From assembly GCF_009936135.1 (NCBI RefSeq), contig NZ_CP047901.1, positions 280,984 through 344,983 of the forward strand: 64,000 bases of DNA, in the 5' to 3' direction. The notes beneath the pieces are model-generated. The model was not told the DNA's origin. It did no database searches and saw only the letters and a program-made list of their open reading frames with translations. The first letter of the stretch is position 1. The number at the start of each line of letters is the position of its first letter. The position numbers and the translations under genes were made by a program. Source of the DNA: Candidatus Chazhemtobacterium aquaticus. Its GTDB lineage: Bacteria; Patescibacteriota; Microgenomatia; UBA1400; Chazhemtobacteraceae. Shown in pieces: positions 9,556 to 19,900 of the stretch.

Positions 9556-9855
9556 ATGGTTACCTTCACCCAAGCTTTACTTATCATTGTCATCACCATT
9601 CTTTCTTTCATCATCACTGCTGTTGGCATTCAACTTTTTTTGCTTATCAAAGATCTTCGCACCACCATTTCTCGTACCAACTCCATACTTGATCAAACCG
9701 AGACTCTCATCAACAAACTCTCTCATCCTGCCGCCAGCATGAACAATCTGCTTACTGGTCTCAAAGAAGGAGTTACCGTAATCGAAACCATCGCTGCCTT
9801 TTTTACCAAACGAAAACAACAATCTCCTTCCCCCTACAACTATGACGAACTCTAG
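9556..9855 (+). CDS. small membrane protein, DUF948-like (YtxG-like)
   Basis: N-terminal TM helix (ALLIIVITILSFIITAVGIQLFLLI) followed by a helical region. Paired with the YtxH-like gene downstream, as in the Firmicutes ytxGH locus. Confidence 0.4.
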   Translation: MVTFTQALLIIVITILSFIITAVGIQLFLLIKDLRTTISRTNSILDQTETLINKLSHPAASMNNLLTGLKEGVTVIETIAAFFTKRKQQSPSPYNYDEL

Positions 9856-10198
9856 ACTGGACCGCCAAATCATCTATCAAGACAACTCGCTCTCCTCATT
9901 CATCACTGGTGTTGCCCTTGGTGCCGTCGCTGCCCTACTCTTAGGAACCAAAGAAGGCAGGGTTCTCACTCGTAAACTCAAAGAAAACCTTTCTTCGTTA
10001 ACCGAGGAAATAAAACCTTTTCTTGATGATCTGCCCCCCAAAGCTCACAATCTTGTCGAAAATCTCAAACACCAGAATAATGACCTAACTCCTCTTCCTC
10101 CCGACTTAGCACCTCCCGCTCCACCTTCTGATCTTTCATCAAGACTTCATCGCGATAATCCTCCCCCAACCTTCACCCAACGAGGTAAACCTCTCTAA
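9842..10198 (+). CDS. YtxH-like protein
   Basis: Glycine-zipper helix FITGVALGAVAALLLGTKEGRVLTRKL typical of the YtxH family. Proline-rich C-terminus. Confidence 0.45.
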   Translation: MTNSRLDRQIIYQDNSLSSFITGVALGAVAALLLGTKEGRVLTRKLKENLSSLTEEIKPFLDDLPPKAHNLVENLKHQNNDLTPLPPDLAPPAPPSDLSSRLHRDNPPPTFTQRGKPL

Positions 10199-10222
10199 GG
10201 CTAGCCCTGATATAATTTACCC

Positions 10223-12013
10223 ATGACCGGTCATAACCTTAGACAAAAATACCTCAACTTCTTCAGTTCAAAGCCAAGAAATCACCTTATCATCCCATCC
10301 GCTCCTCTTGTCCCCGAAAATGATCCCACCACCCTTTTTAACAGTTCAGGTATGCAGCCCCTAGTTCCATATTTACTTGGCCAGCCACACCCATCTGGCC
10401 AGACCAGATTAGTCAACTCTCAAAAATGTTTACGGACCCAAGACATCAGTGAAGTAGGCGATAACCGTCACACCACCTTTTTTGAAATGCTTGGTAACTG
10501 GTCACTAGGCGACTATTTCAAAACAGATCAACTTACCTGGATCTGGAATTTCTTAACCCAAGAACTCAAACTTCCCAAAGAAAAACTATACGTCACAGTT
10601 TACCAGGGTGGTGACGGTGTCCCCAGAGACGAAGATACTTATCAAATTTGGAAGTCGCTTGGTATCCCCGAAGACCATATTTTTTTCTATCCTTCCAGCA
10701 AAAACTGGTGGTCCCGATCCGGAACTCCTCAAGAAATGCCCAGTGGTGAGATTGGCGGACCAGACTCCGAGGTTTTTTTCGAGTTCACTCAGGTAAAACA
10801 CGATCCTAAATACGGACAACATTGTCATCCAAACTGTGATTGTGGCCGTTTCCTTGAAATCGCTAACTCAGTCTTCATTCAATATCAAAAACAAACAGAC
10901 GGATCTCTCAAAGAACTATCTCAGAAAAATGTCGATTTTGGTGGAGGGCTGGAAAGAATGCTGGCCGCCATCAATGATCAACCCGATATCTTCATGACCG
11001 ATTTATTTCAACCTATCATCTCCGAAATCGAAGCACTCACTAATTTACAATACTCAGACCATCAGACATCAATGCGTATCATCGCCGACCACCTTAAAGC
11101 CGCCGTCTTCCTTATCAACGAAGGAGTAGAGCCATCCAATAAACTACAAGGCTACGTCTTACGACGCTTAATAAGACGCTCTATTGTTAAACTCTATCAA
11201 CTTAGCGGTACTCTCAAACCAAACTATCTTAGTATCATTGCTAAGCAAGGAGTAATTAGTACTTATCAATCCCGATCAACCCCACCCTTTCCCAATTTTT
11301 TCGACTCTAACCAAAAACAAAGAGAAATCTTCTCCGTACTTGACAATGAATCGCAGCAATTTATCAAGACACTCGACAAAGGGCTTAAACAACTTAACCA
11401 ACTCTCTCCCTTCGACCTTTATCAAACATATGGTTTTCCCGTTGAAATTACTCAAGAGCTTTACGCCCAACAAGGAAGAGAGCTTGACTTAGATCAATTT
11501 AACCAGGAACTCAAACATCACCAAGACCTTTCTCGCACCGCCGGAAAAGGCATGTTCCAGGGCGGCCTCCAAGATCATAGTCAAATTACCACAAAATACC
11601 ATACAGCTACCCACTTACTCCACCAAGCTTTGCGTCAAGTCTTGGGTGACCACGTTCGCCAGACTGGCAGCAACATCACCCATCAAAGACTCCGTTTTGA
11701 CTTTACCCATGACCAGCCCCTTAGTAACCAGCAACTTCAGCAGGTTGAAGATTTGGTAAATCAGCAAATTAAAAATAAACTTACCGTCACCTGCCAAACC
11801 ATGTCCCTACAACAAGCACAATCTCAAAATGCTCTTGCTTTCTTTGCCGAAAAATATGGTGACCAGGTTAAAGTGTATAGTATAGGTAACTTCAGTAAAG
11901 AAGTCTGTGGTGGGCCACATGTGGCTAATACCGCCGACATTGGCCCGATCACCATTTATAAGCAAGAGTCGGTTGGTTCAGGCCGTCGTCGCCTTTACGC
12001 CAAAATCGTTTAA
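10223..12013 (+). CDS. alaS: alanine--tRNA ligase, short form without the C-terminal C-Ala domain
   Basis: N-terminal class II core (FFSSKPRNHLIIPSAPLVPENDPTTLFNSSGMQ...FFEMLGNWSLGDYFK). Editing domain with HTATHLLHQALRQVLGDH and CGGPHV. Only 596 aa. Confidence 0.85.
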   Translation: MTGHNLRQKYLNFFSSKPRNHLIIPSAPLVPENDPTTLFNSSGMQPLVPYLLGQPHPSGQTRLVNSQKCLRTQDISEVGDNRHTTFFEMLGNWSLGDYFKTDQLTWIWNFLTQELKLPKEKLYVTVYQGGDGVPRDEDTYQIWKSLGIPEDHIFFYPSSKNWWSRSGTPQEMPSGEIGGPDSEVFFEFTQVKHDPKYGQHCHPNCDCGRFLEIANSVFIQYQKQTDGSLKELSQKNVDFGGGLERMLAAINDQPDIFMTDLFQPIISEIEALTNLQYSDHQTSMRIIADHLKAAVFLINEGVEPSNKLQGYVLRRLIRRSIVKLYQLSGTLKPNYLSIIAKQGVISTYQSRSTPPFPNFFDSNQKQREIFSVLDNESQQFIKTLDKGLKQLNQLSPFDLYQTYGFPVEITQELYAQQGRELDLDQFNQELKHHQDLSRTAGKGMFQGGLQDHSQITTKYHTATHLLHQALRQVLGDHVRQTGSNITHQRLRFDFTHDQPLSNQQLQQVEDLVNQQIKNKLTVTCQTMSLQQAQSQNALAFFAEKYGDQVKVYSIGNFSKEVCGGPHVANTADIGPITIYKQESVGSGRRRLYAKIV

Positions 12014-12059
12014 TATTTAAACTCTCTGCCCAGGTTCCACCTGAAGGCTCTTAAACAAT

Positions 12060-14276
12060 ATGGAGATCACCCATCTCTTTAAAGCCAAAGAACCAGTTAC
12101 CCCACCGGAACTTTTTCTAGCAATCCAGATTCAAGAAGGTCTAGTCAAGACCGCTATCTGGCAAGTCTCTAATGGCAAACCAGAAATCGTCAGCTATGGT
12201 TCACAAGAAGAGTGGGGCGACACCGAGTCTCTCCTAGTTGCAGTCGATACTTCACTTGCCCATGCCCTCGAATCACAAGATCAGGAGCCAAATCGGGTTA
12301 TTTTTGGCCTGCCTGAATCCTGGATCAAAGAAGACAAAATTAGCCCTGAATCAAGTGCTTATCTCAAGGAGTTAATCAAAAAACTTGAACTTGAACCCGT
12401 TGGTTTTGTCGCCATAACCGAAGCCATTATTCAACAGCTTAAGCTTTCAGAAGGGATACCACCTACCGCTATTTTCCTGGAAGTACACTCCTCCAAAGTC
12501 AATGTTGTCGTCACCAGACTAGGAGATATTGTCGGTAGAGAAGAAGTCGGCCGTTCTCAAGATCTCGCCAAAGATGTCCAAGAAGGACTAGCCCGGCTCG
12601 ATCTCGACCACCTACCAGCTCGAATCCTTGTCATTAACGGCCAGGACCCAGATATCGAACAGCAACTAACATCTTTCCCTTGGCAGGATCACCTTCCTTT
12701 TCCTCACCTACCAAAAGTTGAGATACCCGACCCAAAGCTTTCCATCCAAGCTATTGCTCTATCTGGAGGATCAGAAGCAGCTCGCTCCCTTGGTATTTCT
12801 GTCACTGAAACAAAAAAAACACAAAACCACCCAACCACTTCAAACTCCTCTTCCAATTCATCAGTCCCACCGCCATCGGTCCTAACCAATCATGGCTTTG
12901 TCACCGGCCGTGACATTAGAGACACGAATACGCCCTCCTACCCTTCTGTCTCGCCCTCTTCCCCAACCTCTCAAGCTAACTTTACAAACTCGTCACCATC
13001 GATTCCAAATCACCCACCTGTTTCGCCCCCATCTCTACTATCCCGAGTCACCTCTCCGATTAAGCAGTTTCTGGAATTATCACGCTCACAAACTTATATA
13101 AAAAAACCCCCATATCTCAATCTCAAACACTCAAAACTCATTTTAATTATCCCCCCTCTTCTAGTTATAAGTCTAATCCTCTCGGCTGTTCTGGTACATG
13201 GTTTTTTCTCCTCAGCCACTCTGGTGCTTCACATCTCACCTAAACAAATTGACAAGTCCTTCTCTCTAGCTGTCTCAGACTCACCCCACCCAGACTTGCC
13301 AACTGTTCCGGCTACTCTCGACTCCCTCGAGCTTGAAGCCAGCGGATCGCTACCAACTACCGGAGAGGCTACTGTAGGAGATAAAGCCGTCGGTGAAATC
13401 ACTGTCTTTAACAAAACCGATACCGAAAAAACTCTTGAAAAAGGAACCACTATTATCACTGCCGACAATCTCAAATTTACTCTAGATCAAGATCTCAACA
13501 TTGCCTCGAGAAGTGCCGAAGAACAAGAAGGCGGTGTCAATATTATCTACGGCAAGTCTTCTGTTGCCGTCACCGCTGCCAACATCGGAGCAGAATACAA
13601 CATCTCTACAGACACTGATTTTACAGTTGGCACCTTCCCCAAAAGCTCCCTTGAAGCCAAAGCCACCAAAGATTTCTCTGGTGGAACATCGCGTACAGTA
13701 AAAGCTGTTTCAGCCAATGATCAACAAGCCCTCCTTGATCAGCTAACTCAACAAATCCAACAACAAGCACAAGACCAACTATCCTCCTCGACTGAATACC
13801 AAGTTGTCCCTCAAGACACCCAAGTAATCTCCAAGCAATACAGCCACGATGTAGGCGAGGAGGCTAGCACGCTCTCTCTCGATCTAAAAGTCAAGGCCAA
13901 CTTTCTCAAATTTCTTCAGTCTGACCTCCACTCCCTTATAGAATCTGAAATTAGCTCTGACATTCCACCCGACTTCGCCCTTGATTCAAGCAACACTCAA
14001 ATCTCAATCGATCCCCCTCAGTCCGACCCCGACACGGGTTATGCCATCACCACCGCAACAGTAAAAGCTTCACTCATGCCCCAACTCTCTGTTTCGGACT
14101 ATCAACAACAACTTAAAGGTAAAACTCTTAATGCAGCCAAAACACTTCTCCAAACCATTCCCGGATACCAAAAAACAACCGTAATTATTAACCCGAACCT
14201 ACCCTTCATTACTGAGAAACTTCCCCTGAATCCTGCCAAAATTAATCTCACCCTCGAACCCTCAGCTCAACCCTAA
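12060..14276 (+). CDS. large membrane-anchored protein: degenerate FtsA/PilM-like actin-fold N-terminal domain, Pro/Ser-rich linker, one TM helix, ~370-aa extracytoplasmic C-terminal domain
   Basis: The N-terminus (FLAIQIQEGLVKTAIWQV..PEIVSYGSQE..LLVAVDTSLAHA..VIFGLPES..TAIFLEVHSSKVNVVV) follows the FtsA/PilM strand-helix pattern but lacks the phosphate-binding glycine motifs. Low-complexity P/S/T linker at ~12820-13080. TM helix LILIIPPLLVISLILSAVLV. Confidence 0.3.
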   Translation: MEITHLFKAKEPVTPPELFLAIQIQEGLVKTAIWQVSNGKPEIVSYGSQEEWGDTESLLVAVDTSLAHALESQDQEPNRVIFGLPESWIKEDKISPESSAYLKELIKKLELEPVGFVAITEAIIQQLKLSEGIPPTAIFLEVHSSKVNVVVTRLGDIVGREEVGRSQDLAKDVQEGLARLDLDHLPARILVINGQDPDIEQQLTSFPWQDHLPFPHLPKVEIPDPKLSIQAIALSGGSEAARSLGISVTETKKTQNHPTTSNSSSNSSVPPPSVLTNHGFVTGRDIRDTNTPSYPSVSPSSPTSQANFTNSSPSIPNHPPVSPPSLLSRVTSPIKQFLELSRSQTYIKKPPYLNLKHSKLILIIPPLLVISLILSAVLVHGFFSSATLVLHISPKQIDKSFSLAVSDSPHPDLPTVPATLDSLELEASGSLPTTGEATVGDKAVGEITVFNKTDTEKTLEKGTTIITADNLKFTLDQDLNIASRSAEEQEGGVNIIYGKSSVAVTAANIGAEYNISTDTDFTVGTFPKSSLEAKATKDFSGGTSRTVKAVSANDQQALLDQLTQQIQQQAQDQLSSSTEYQVVPQDTQVISKQYSHDVGEEASTLSLDLKVKANFLKFLQSDLHSLIESEISSDIPPDFALDSSNTQISIDPPQSDPDTGYAITTATVKASLMPQLSVSDYQQQLKGKTLNAAKTLLQTIPGYQKTTVIINPNLPFITEKLPLNPAKINLTLEPSAQP

Positions 14277-14315
14277 CCTCACTCCTCTTTCCCCGTTATA
14301 ATTATCCGTAAAGCT

Positions 14316-15119
14316 ATGTCACTATACATCTATCAGAAGGCCCAAACCAACTCTGCACTCCCACCCACTCCTCAACACTCAATCACCCCTCCACCACCTA
14401 CCCCTCCTCCTCCCAAGCCAGCACAACCACCCCGATCTCTCCTGAGTCTGCTCCCTTTAGGTACCTCTATTACTGGCTTGGTTCTAATCCTCTCGGTTGC
14501 CTGGCCAATTGTTTACTACGAAATCCTTGGTAATCAGACCTCCCCCCCCACCACTTCTACAGGACTTCTCAACCCCTTAGCTGACTCGTCCTCACTTGCC
14601 GCTTTCGCCGCCGCCCCTAAAATTGTCGGTTCTCTCGACTATACTCATGCAAGCAACTGGTTTCCAAGCTCCCCCCCCACCACTCAAGTAGTTAGACCAA
14701 CTGGTCCAAATACGTATACTCTCTCCATTCCCAAATTAAATATTGAGAACGCCCAAGTTATTATTGGGAGTGACGATCTCTCCAAAAGTCTTATTCACTA
14801 CACCGAAACCGCCCTCCCAGGGCAATTTGGTAGCCCTGTTATTTTTGGTCACTCAATTCTGCCTCAGTTTTATAATCCCAAGAACTACATGTCGATATTT
14901 TCCACTCTACCGACTCTCGAAAAAGACGATCAAATCATTGTTGAGTACGACGGCATCACCTATACCTACTCAGTTACCGAAAAGCAAGAAGTTATGCCCG
15001 AAGATCTTTGGGTACTTGAACAACGTTATGACTCCAAAAAAATTAAGCTAATTACTTGTGTGCCACCAGGCTTAAAAACCAAACGCCTTGTTGTCACCGC
15101 CGAATTACAATCACTTTAA
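14316..15119 (+). CDS. sortase-family transpeptidase with a proline-rich N-terminal linker and a TM anchor
   Basis: TM helix LGTSITGLVLILSVAWPIV. Catalytic-region motifs HYTETALPGQFGSPVIFGHS and LITCVPPGLKTKRLVV (sortase TLxTC and conserved Arg). Confidence 0.7.
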   Translation: MSLYIYQKAQTNSALPPTPQHSITPPPPTPPPPKPAQPPRSLLSLLPLGTSITGLVLILSVAWPIVYYEILGNQTSPPTTSTGLLNPLADSSSLAAFAAAPKIVGSLDYTHASNWFPSSPPTTQVVRPTGPNTYTLSIPKLNIENAQVIIGSDDLSKSLIHYTETALPGQFGSPVIFGHSILPQFYNPKNYMSIFSTLPTLEKDDQIIVEYDGITYTYSVTEKQEVMPEDLWVLEQRYDSKKIKLITCVPPGLKTKRLVVTAELQSL

Positions 15120-15517
15120 TGCCAGTTACCCTAGCCTTCGATATTGGCCTTGCTCACACCGGTGTCGCTATCTCCTACGAAAACAAAATTGCCGAAGGCT
15201 TAACCACCATTCACACCCAAAATCTTGATCTGCTTCAACAAGAGATTATCGATCTCGTCAAAAGTTATCAGCCCGACATCCTTGTCTTCGGCATCCCTCA
15301 AAAAGGACCTCTTACTCAGCACGTGGGTCTTTTAAAAAACAAACTTGAAGCAACTCTTTCTCTACCCATCATTCTCGTCAATGAAGATCTTTCCACCCGG
15401 TTTGCCACCAGAGCTATGATCGACGCTAATAAAGGACCGCGTTACCGCCGCCTTAACAACCATCAAGTTGCCGCTGCCAGCATTCTTCAATTTTATCTTG
15501 ATAATTTGATAGAATAA
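15119..15517 (+). CDS. ruvX: Holliday-junction resolvase-like / pre-16S rRNA nuclease YqgF (RuvX)
   Basis: MPVTLAFDIGLAHTGVAIS...ILVFGIP is the RuvX signature. The ATG at 15119 overlaps the sortase stop (TAATG). The track ORF opens upstream at 15056 in the same frame. Confidence 0.8.
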   Translation: MPVTLAFDIGLAHTGVAISYENKIAEGLTTIHTQNLDLLQQEIIDLVKSYQPDILVFGIPQKGPLTQHVGLLKNKLEATLSLPIILVNEDLSTRFATRAMIDANKGPRYRRLNNHQVAAASILQFYLDNLIE

Positions 15518-15521
15518 CCCC

Positions 15522-15728
15522 ATGTTTAAAAACATGATCGCTCCAGTGCAGGCCTGGTTACTCTCTAGAGGACAGTGTGTCGGTTGCGGCACCCCACTCC
15601 AAAACGGGACCCGTGTTAAGTCCAAACTTAAAGGTCTTGATCAAGTCACCTGTAAGTGTGGTCGTATTTTTATCTTCGATCCTAAAACTAACACATATCG
15701 CCGCGCCCTCTTCCAAGAAGTTAAGTAG
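15522..15728 (+). CDS. small zinc-ribbon protein
   Basis: 68 aa with CVGC...CKC Cys pairs. Sits between ruvX and mltG, where Firmicutes carry a small conserved ORF. Confidence 0.4.
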   Translation: MFKNMIAPVQAWLLSRGQCVGCGTPLQNGTRVKSKLKGLDQVTCKCGRIFIFDPKTNTYRRALFQEVK

Positions 15729-15730
15729 AT

Positions 15731-16738
15731 ATGACTCGACGCCGCTCTGCCCCGCTTAAACCCTTTTTAATTCTTCTTTCTCTTATAGTCATATTAATTC
15801 TTCTCTTTTTGACTTGGTTTAAACTTGCTTCTCGTCCCGTCAATCCCAACTCAACCAAGAGAGTCAACTTCACTATCGAAAAGGGCCAAGGACTAGACTC
15901 AATTGGTCAAATCCTTTACCACGCAGGTTTAATTCGCTCCATACCTGCCTTTCGACTTCAAGTCATAATCTCAAACCTCTCGACCAAAATCCAAGCTGGT
16001 GATTTCGCCATCCCCCCCACCCTCACTCTCGCAGAGGTAGCCCAATCCCTCACTGTGGGTACATCAGATCGTTGGGTTACTCTTTTAGAAGGTTGGCGCC
16101 GTGAAGAGATTGCTCAAGCCTTAGTTGACACCCTTTCTCCCAGCAACCCGGAATATAATTTTGATCCAGACACCTTCATTCTCATGACCAAAGATCTCGA
16201 AGGACAACTTTATCCAGATACTTACTCCTTCACCCGTTCCACCACCGCTCAAGCTGCTATCGATCGACTCACCACCCGCTTCAAAGAACAAACAGAAAAA
16301 TTATCCAACCAATCCGGTTTAACCGATAAACAGGCCCTCGTACTCGCCTCCCTAATTGAACGAGAAGCCTTCACCGATCAAGAAAGGCCTGTCATAGCTG
16401 GCATCCTACTTAATCGATTTCATGCTAACTGGCCTCTTCAAGTTGATGCTACTGTTCAGTATGTCAAAGCCAATCTTAACTGTCAGGTTCTTACCTGTAA
16501 TTGGTGGCCAAATGATCTGACCAAAGACGATCTAAACCTTCCTTCACCCTACAATACTTACTCCCAACCAGGTCTCCCTCCTCTTCCAATCACTAATCCT
16601 TCACTTGAATCAATTAAAGCTGCCTATCAACCCAGCACCACGCCCTACTGGTTTTATCTTCATGACCCATCTGGTCAAATTCATTACGCCAAGACTTTAG
16701 AAGAGCACAATCTAAATATTGCCAAGTATCTAAAATAA
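15731..16738 (+). CDS. mltG: endolytic murein transglycosylase MltG (YceG family)
   Basis: N-terminal TM helix, then the YceG-like domain with LIEREA and SPYNTYSQPGLPPLPI motifs. Confidence 0.8.
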   Translation: MTRRRSAPLKPFLILLSLIVILILLFLTWFKLASRPVNPNSTKRVNFTIEKGQGLDSIGQILYHAGLIRSIPAFRLQVIISNLSTKIQAGDFAIPPTLTLAEVAQSLTVGTSDRWVTLLEGWRREEIAQALVDTLSPSNPEYNFDPDTFILMTKDLEGQLYPDTYSFTRSTTAQAAIDRLTTRFKEQTEKLSNQSGLTDKQALVLASLIEREAFTDQERPVIAGILLNRFHANWPLQVDATVQYVKANLNCQVLTCNWWPNDLTKDDLNLPSPYNTYSQPGLPPLPITNPSLESIKAAYQPSTTPYWFYLHDPSGQIHYAKTLEEHNLNIAKYLK

Positions 16739-16781
16739 CTTAAATTAAAATTATCTTAAATATCCACCATTCATCCAACCG

Positions 16782-16810
16782 TTGACAAGTTGTGTTATCC
16801 TTGCTAAACT
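16782..16810 (+). promoter_or_regulatory. candidate promoter P1 upstream of rpoB (TTGACA-17-TAAACT)
   Basis: ttgaca at 16782-16787, 17-nt spacer, taaact at 16805-16810. Confidence 0.35.
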
Positions 16811-16833
16811 TCTCACCACGTCCTGGTCTCTGG

Positions 16834-16863
16834 CCTCTTCACCGTAAAGAGGGCAGATTTTTT
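16834..16863 (+). terminator. hairpin plus U-tract (attenuator-like) in the rpoB leader, between two promoter-like elements
   Basis: cctctt-caccgta-aagagg stem-loop (16834-16852) followed by gcaga and tttttt (16858-16863). Confidence 0.3.
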
Positions 16864-16884
16864 GCGTCTCCGCGCGACGTTAGT

Positions 16885-16911
16885 TTGTCAACTATTTTAT
16901 CGCCCTATAAT
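16885..16911 (+). promoter_or_regulatory. candidate promoter P2 upstream of rpoB (TTGTCA-15-TATAAT)
   Basis: ttgtca at 16885-16890 and tataat at 16906-16911, ~20 nt upstream of the rpoB ATG at 16932. Confidence 0.35.
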
Positions 16912-16931
16912 TAGGGAAAACCATAATACCC

Positions 16932-19900
16932 ATGTCCAACCAGCAACAGCCTAGAAAACGTATATACTGGGGTAACATCACCCCTAAACTTCCCGAACTT
17001 AACCTTTCACAAATTCAAGTCAACTCTTACCACTGGTTTCTTGATCAGGGCATTAAACTTGCTCTTCAAGATCTTGGGCCTATCACAGACTTCACTGGTG
17101 ACTCCTTCCAGCTAGAATTTGGCGACCACACCTTCGGTCAACCAACCCACACCCCCGAAGAATGTCTTAAAAAAGGCCTTACCTACGCCGCTCCCCTTCG
17201 TGTTAACACTATTCTCACCAATCTCGAAACCAAGACCTCAAAAACCCAAGAGGTCTTTTTAGGTGACATTCCTCAGATCACTACTTACGGAACTTTCATC
17301 ATCAATGGTGTTGAACGTGTTGTTGTTAACCAGCTCGTTCGTTCCCCTGGTGTGTTTTTCAATTCTTCTCTAGATACCAACACCGGCCGCCAGCTTTCCT
17401 CAGCTGAAATCCGTCCCATCCGCGGGTCGTGGCTCGAGTTTAATATCCACAAAAACGACTATATCACTGTAAGAATTGATCGTAGCCGCAAACTCTCGGC
17501 CGCTACTTTCCTTCGCGCTATTGGTTTTTCCTCCAGTGAAGAAATCTCCTCTCTCTTTAAAGATGTAGACACTGACAAAGACCATCCATATATTGCCGCT
17601 TCGCTTTTGAAAGATGCCACCGCTTCAACCGATGAAGCTCTCCTTGATTTTTACCAAAAAATCCGTCCCGGTGAACCCGCTGTTCTTGATAATGCAAAAG
17701 AACTTCTTTATCAAATGTTTTTTGACCCCCGTCGTTACGATCTCGGCTTAGTCGGTCGCTATAAAATCAACAAACGCCTCAGTCTAGATACACCCATTAC
17801 AGATGAACACACCACTTTAACTAAAGAAGATATTGTTGCCACCCTCCGTTATCTTATAAACCTCCAAAACGGCCATGGAAAAGTTGATGATATCGACCAT
17901 CTTGCCAACCGCCGCGTCAGACAAATTGGCGAACTTCTCTACCAGGGCCCCTTCAGAATCGGATTACTTAGATTAGAGCGTTCCATTCGTGAAAAAATGA
18001 GCTTGGCCAAAAAAGAAGAACCACCCACAGCCGGATCTTTAGTTAACCCTCGTCCAATCATCGCTGCTGTATCAGAATTTTTTAGAAGAAATCGACTCTC
18101 AGCCATCCTTGACCAGGTTAACCCCTTAGCCGAAATTGACAACCTTCGCCGTCTTTCTGTGATGGGGGCAGGCGGTGTCACTCGTGAGCGCGCATCTTTC
18201 TCTATGCGCGACATTCACGCTTCCCAATACTCCCGTATCTGCCCAATTCGTTCTCCAGAAGGCCCAAACATTGGACTGGTTACCTATCTAGCCCTCTATA
18301 CTCGCATTAACCAATACGGCTTTCTCGAGGCACCATACTTTAAAGTTACCCCAGAATCTAAAGGTGGTAAGACTCGCATGAGAATTACCAACGAAATCGT
18401 CTACCTCACTGCTGATGATGAAGAAAATCACTATATTACTCACGCCGACATTGCTCGTGATGGTGATTACTTAGCCAACGACTGGGTACCAGCTCGTTAT
18501 AACGGAAAATTCATCGAGGTCGACGCTCAGAAAATCGAATACATCGACATCATCCCCCGACAGGTTGTTGGTACCTCAGCCTCTCTCATTCCTTTCCTTC
18601 AACACGACGACGGTACTCGTGCGCTCATGGGTTCGCACATGCAGTGTCAAGCCGTTCCTCTTATCAAGCCTGATGCTCCCATCATTGGTACTGGCATGGA
18701 AAATCCTGTTGCCGAGTCCATGGGTTGGGTTATCAGAGCTCGTTTTGATGGTGAGGTTATCTCTGCCGACTCCAATACCGTTACCATAAAGGTTGATCCT
18801 AAACACATTGACGATCTCAAAAAACTTGCCCAACTTAATCAATCAGAAAGTATAACTATCAAAGACGACGTCGAGACATATCATCTCAAAACTTTCTATC
18901 GCACTTCTCAGTCAACCGCCTATACTCAACGACCTCTCGTACGACCGGGCGAACAAGTCAAAAAAGGCCAGATCATTATCGACGGGCCAGCCTCACAAAA
19001 CGGTGAATTAGCTCTGGGTCAAAACCTTGTCATTGCATATGCTAACTTTGAAGGACTAGGCTACGAAGACGCCATTGTGGTTTCCGACAGGCTCATTAAA
19101 GAAGACTTGCTTTCCTCAGTCCATATTAATGAATACGAAGCTCAGGTCATGGAAACTAAGCTTGGTCCTGAGGAACTAACTCGCGATATCCCCAATGTAT
19201 CTGAACAAGACCTAAAAAACTTAACCGAAGATGGCATTGTTGCTATAGGCAGCAATGTTGGGCCTAATGATATTCTCGTTGGCAAAATTGCTCCCAAGGG
19301 CGAAACTGAGCTTACCGCAGAGGAGCGTCTTTTACGCGCCATTTTTGGAGAAAAAGCACGAGAAGTTCGTGACACTTCCCTAAAGATGCCCCACGGAGAA
19401 TCTGGCACCGTCATCGACGTTCAAATTCTTGATCGTGATACCGGAGATGAGCTCGACCCTGGCGTTATCAAACAAATCAAAGTTAAGGTCGCTCAACTAA
19501 GAAAAATCACTGTTGGTGACAAGGTTGCTGGCCGTCACGGTAACAAAGGAGTCATCAGCAAGGTTGTTCCAGTCGCCGATATGCCTACCCTTCCCGACGG
19601 TACACCAGTCGATATCATCATCTCCTTCCTCTCAGTTCTTGCTCGCATGAACTTAGGACAACTCATGGAAGCTCAACTTGGTTGGGCAGCAGACAAACTC
19701 AACCAGAATATCGCCGTCCCCGTCTTTGAGAAGATTCCCGAAGACAAAATAATTTCTCTCATGAGCCAGGCAGGCCTTCCTGTTGACGGCAAAATCAGGC
19801 TTACCGATGGTCGCACCGGTCTTCCTTTTGAAGAGGATACCGCTGTTGGCATTGGCTACATCCTTAAACTCGTTCACATGGTTGAGGATAAGACCCACGC

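Noticed and set aside
12820-13080. Possible tandem repeat or CRISPR-like periodicity in the Pro/Ser/Thr-rich stretch of the 738-aa gene, and in the proline tracts at 14340-14450 and 900-1080
   Set aside because: These are low-complexity coding sequence (PPxS/T) without exact direct repeats or spacer structure. No CRISPR arrays are evident anywhere in the window.
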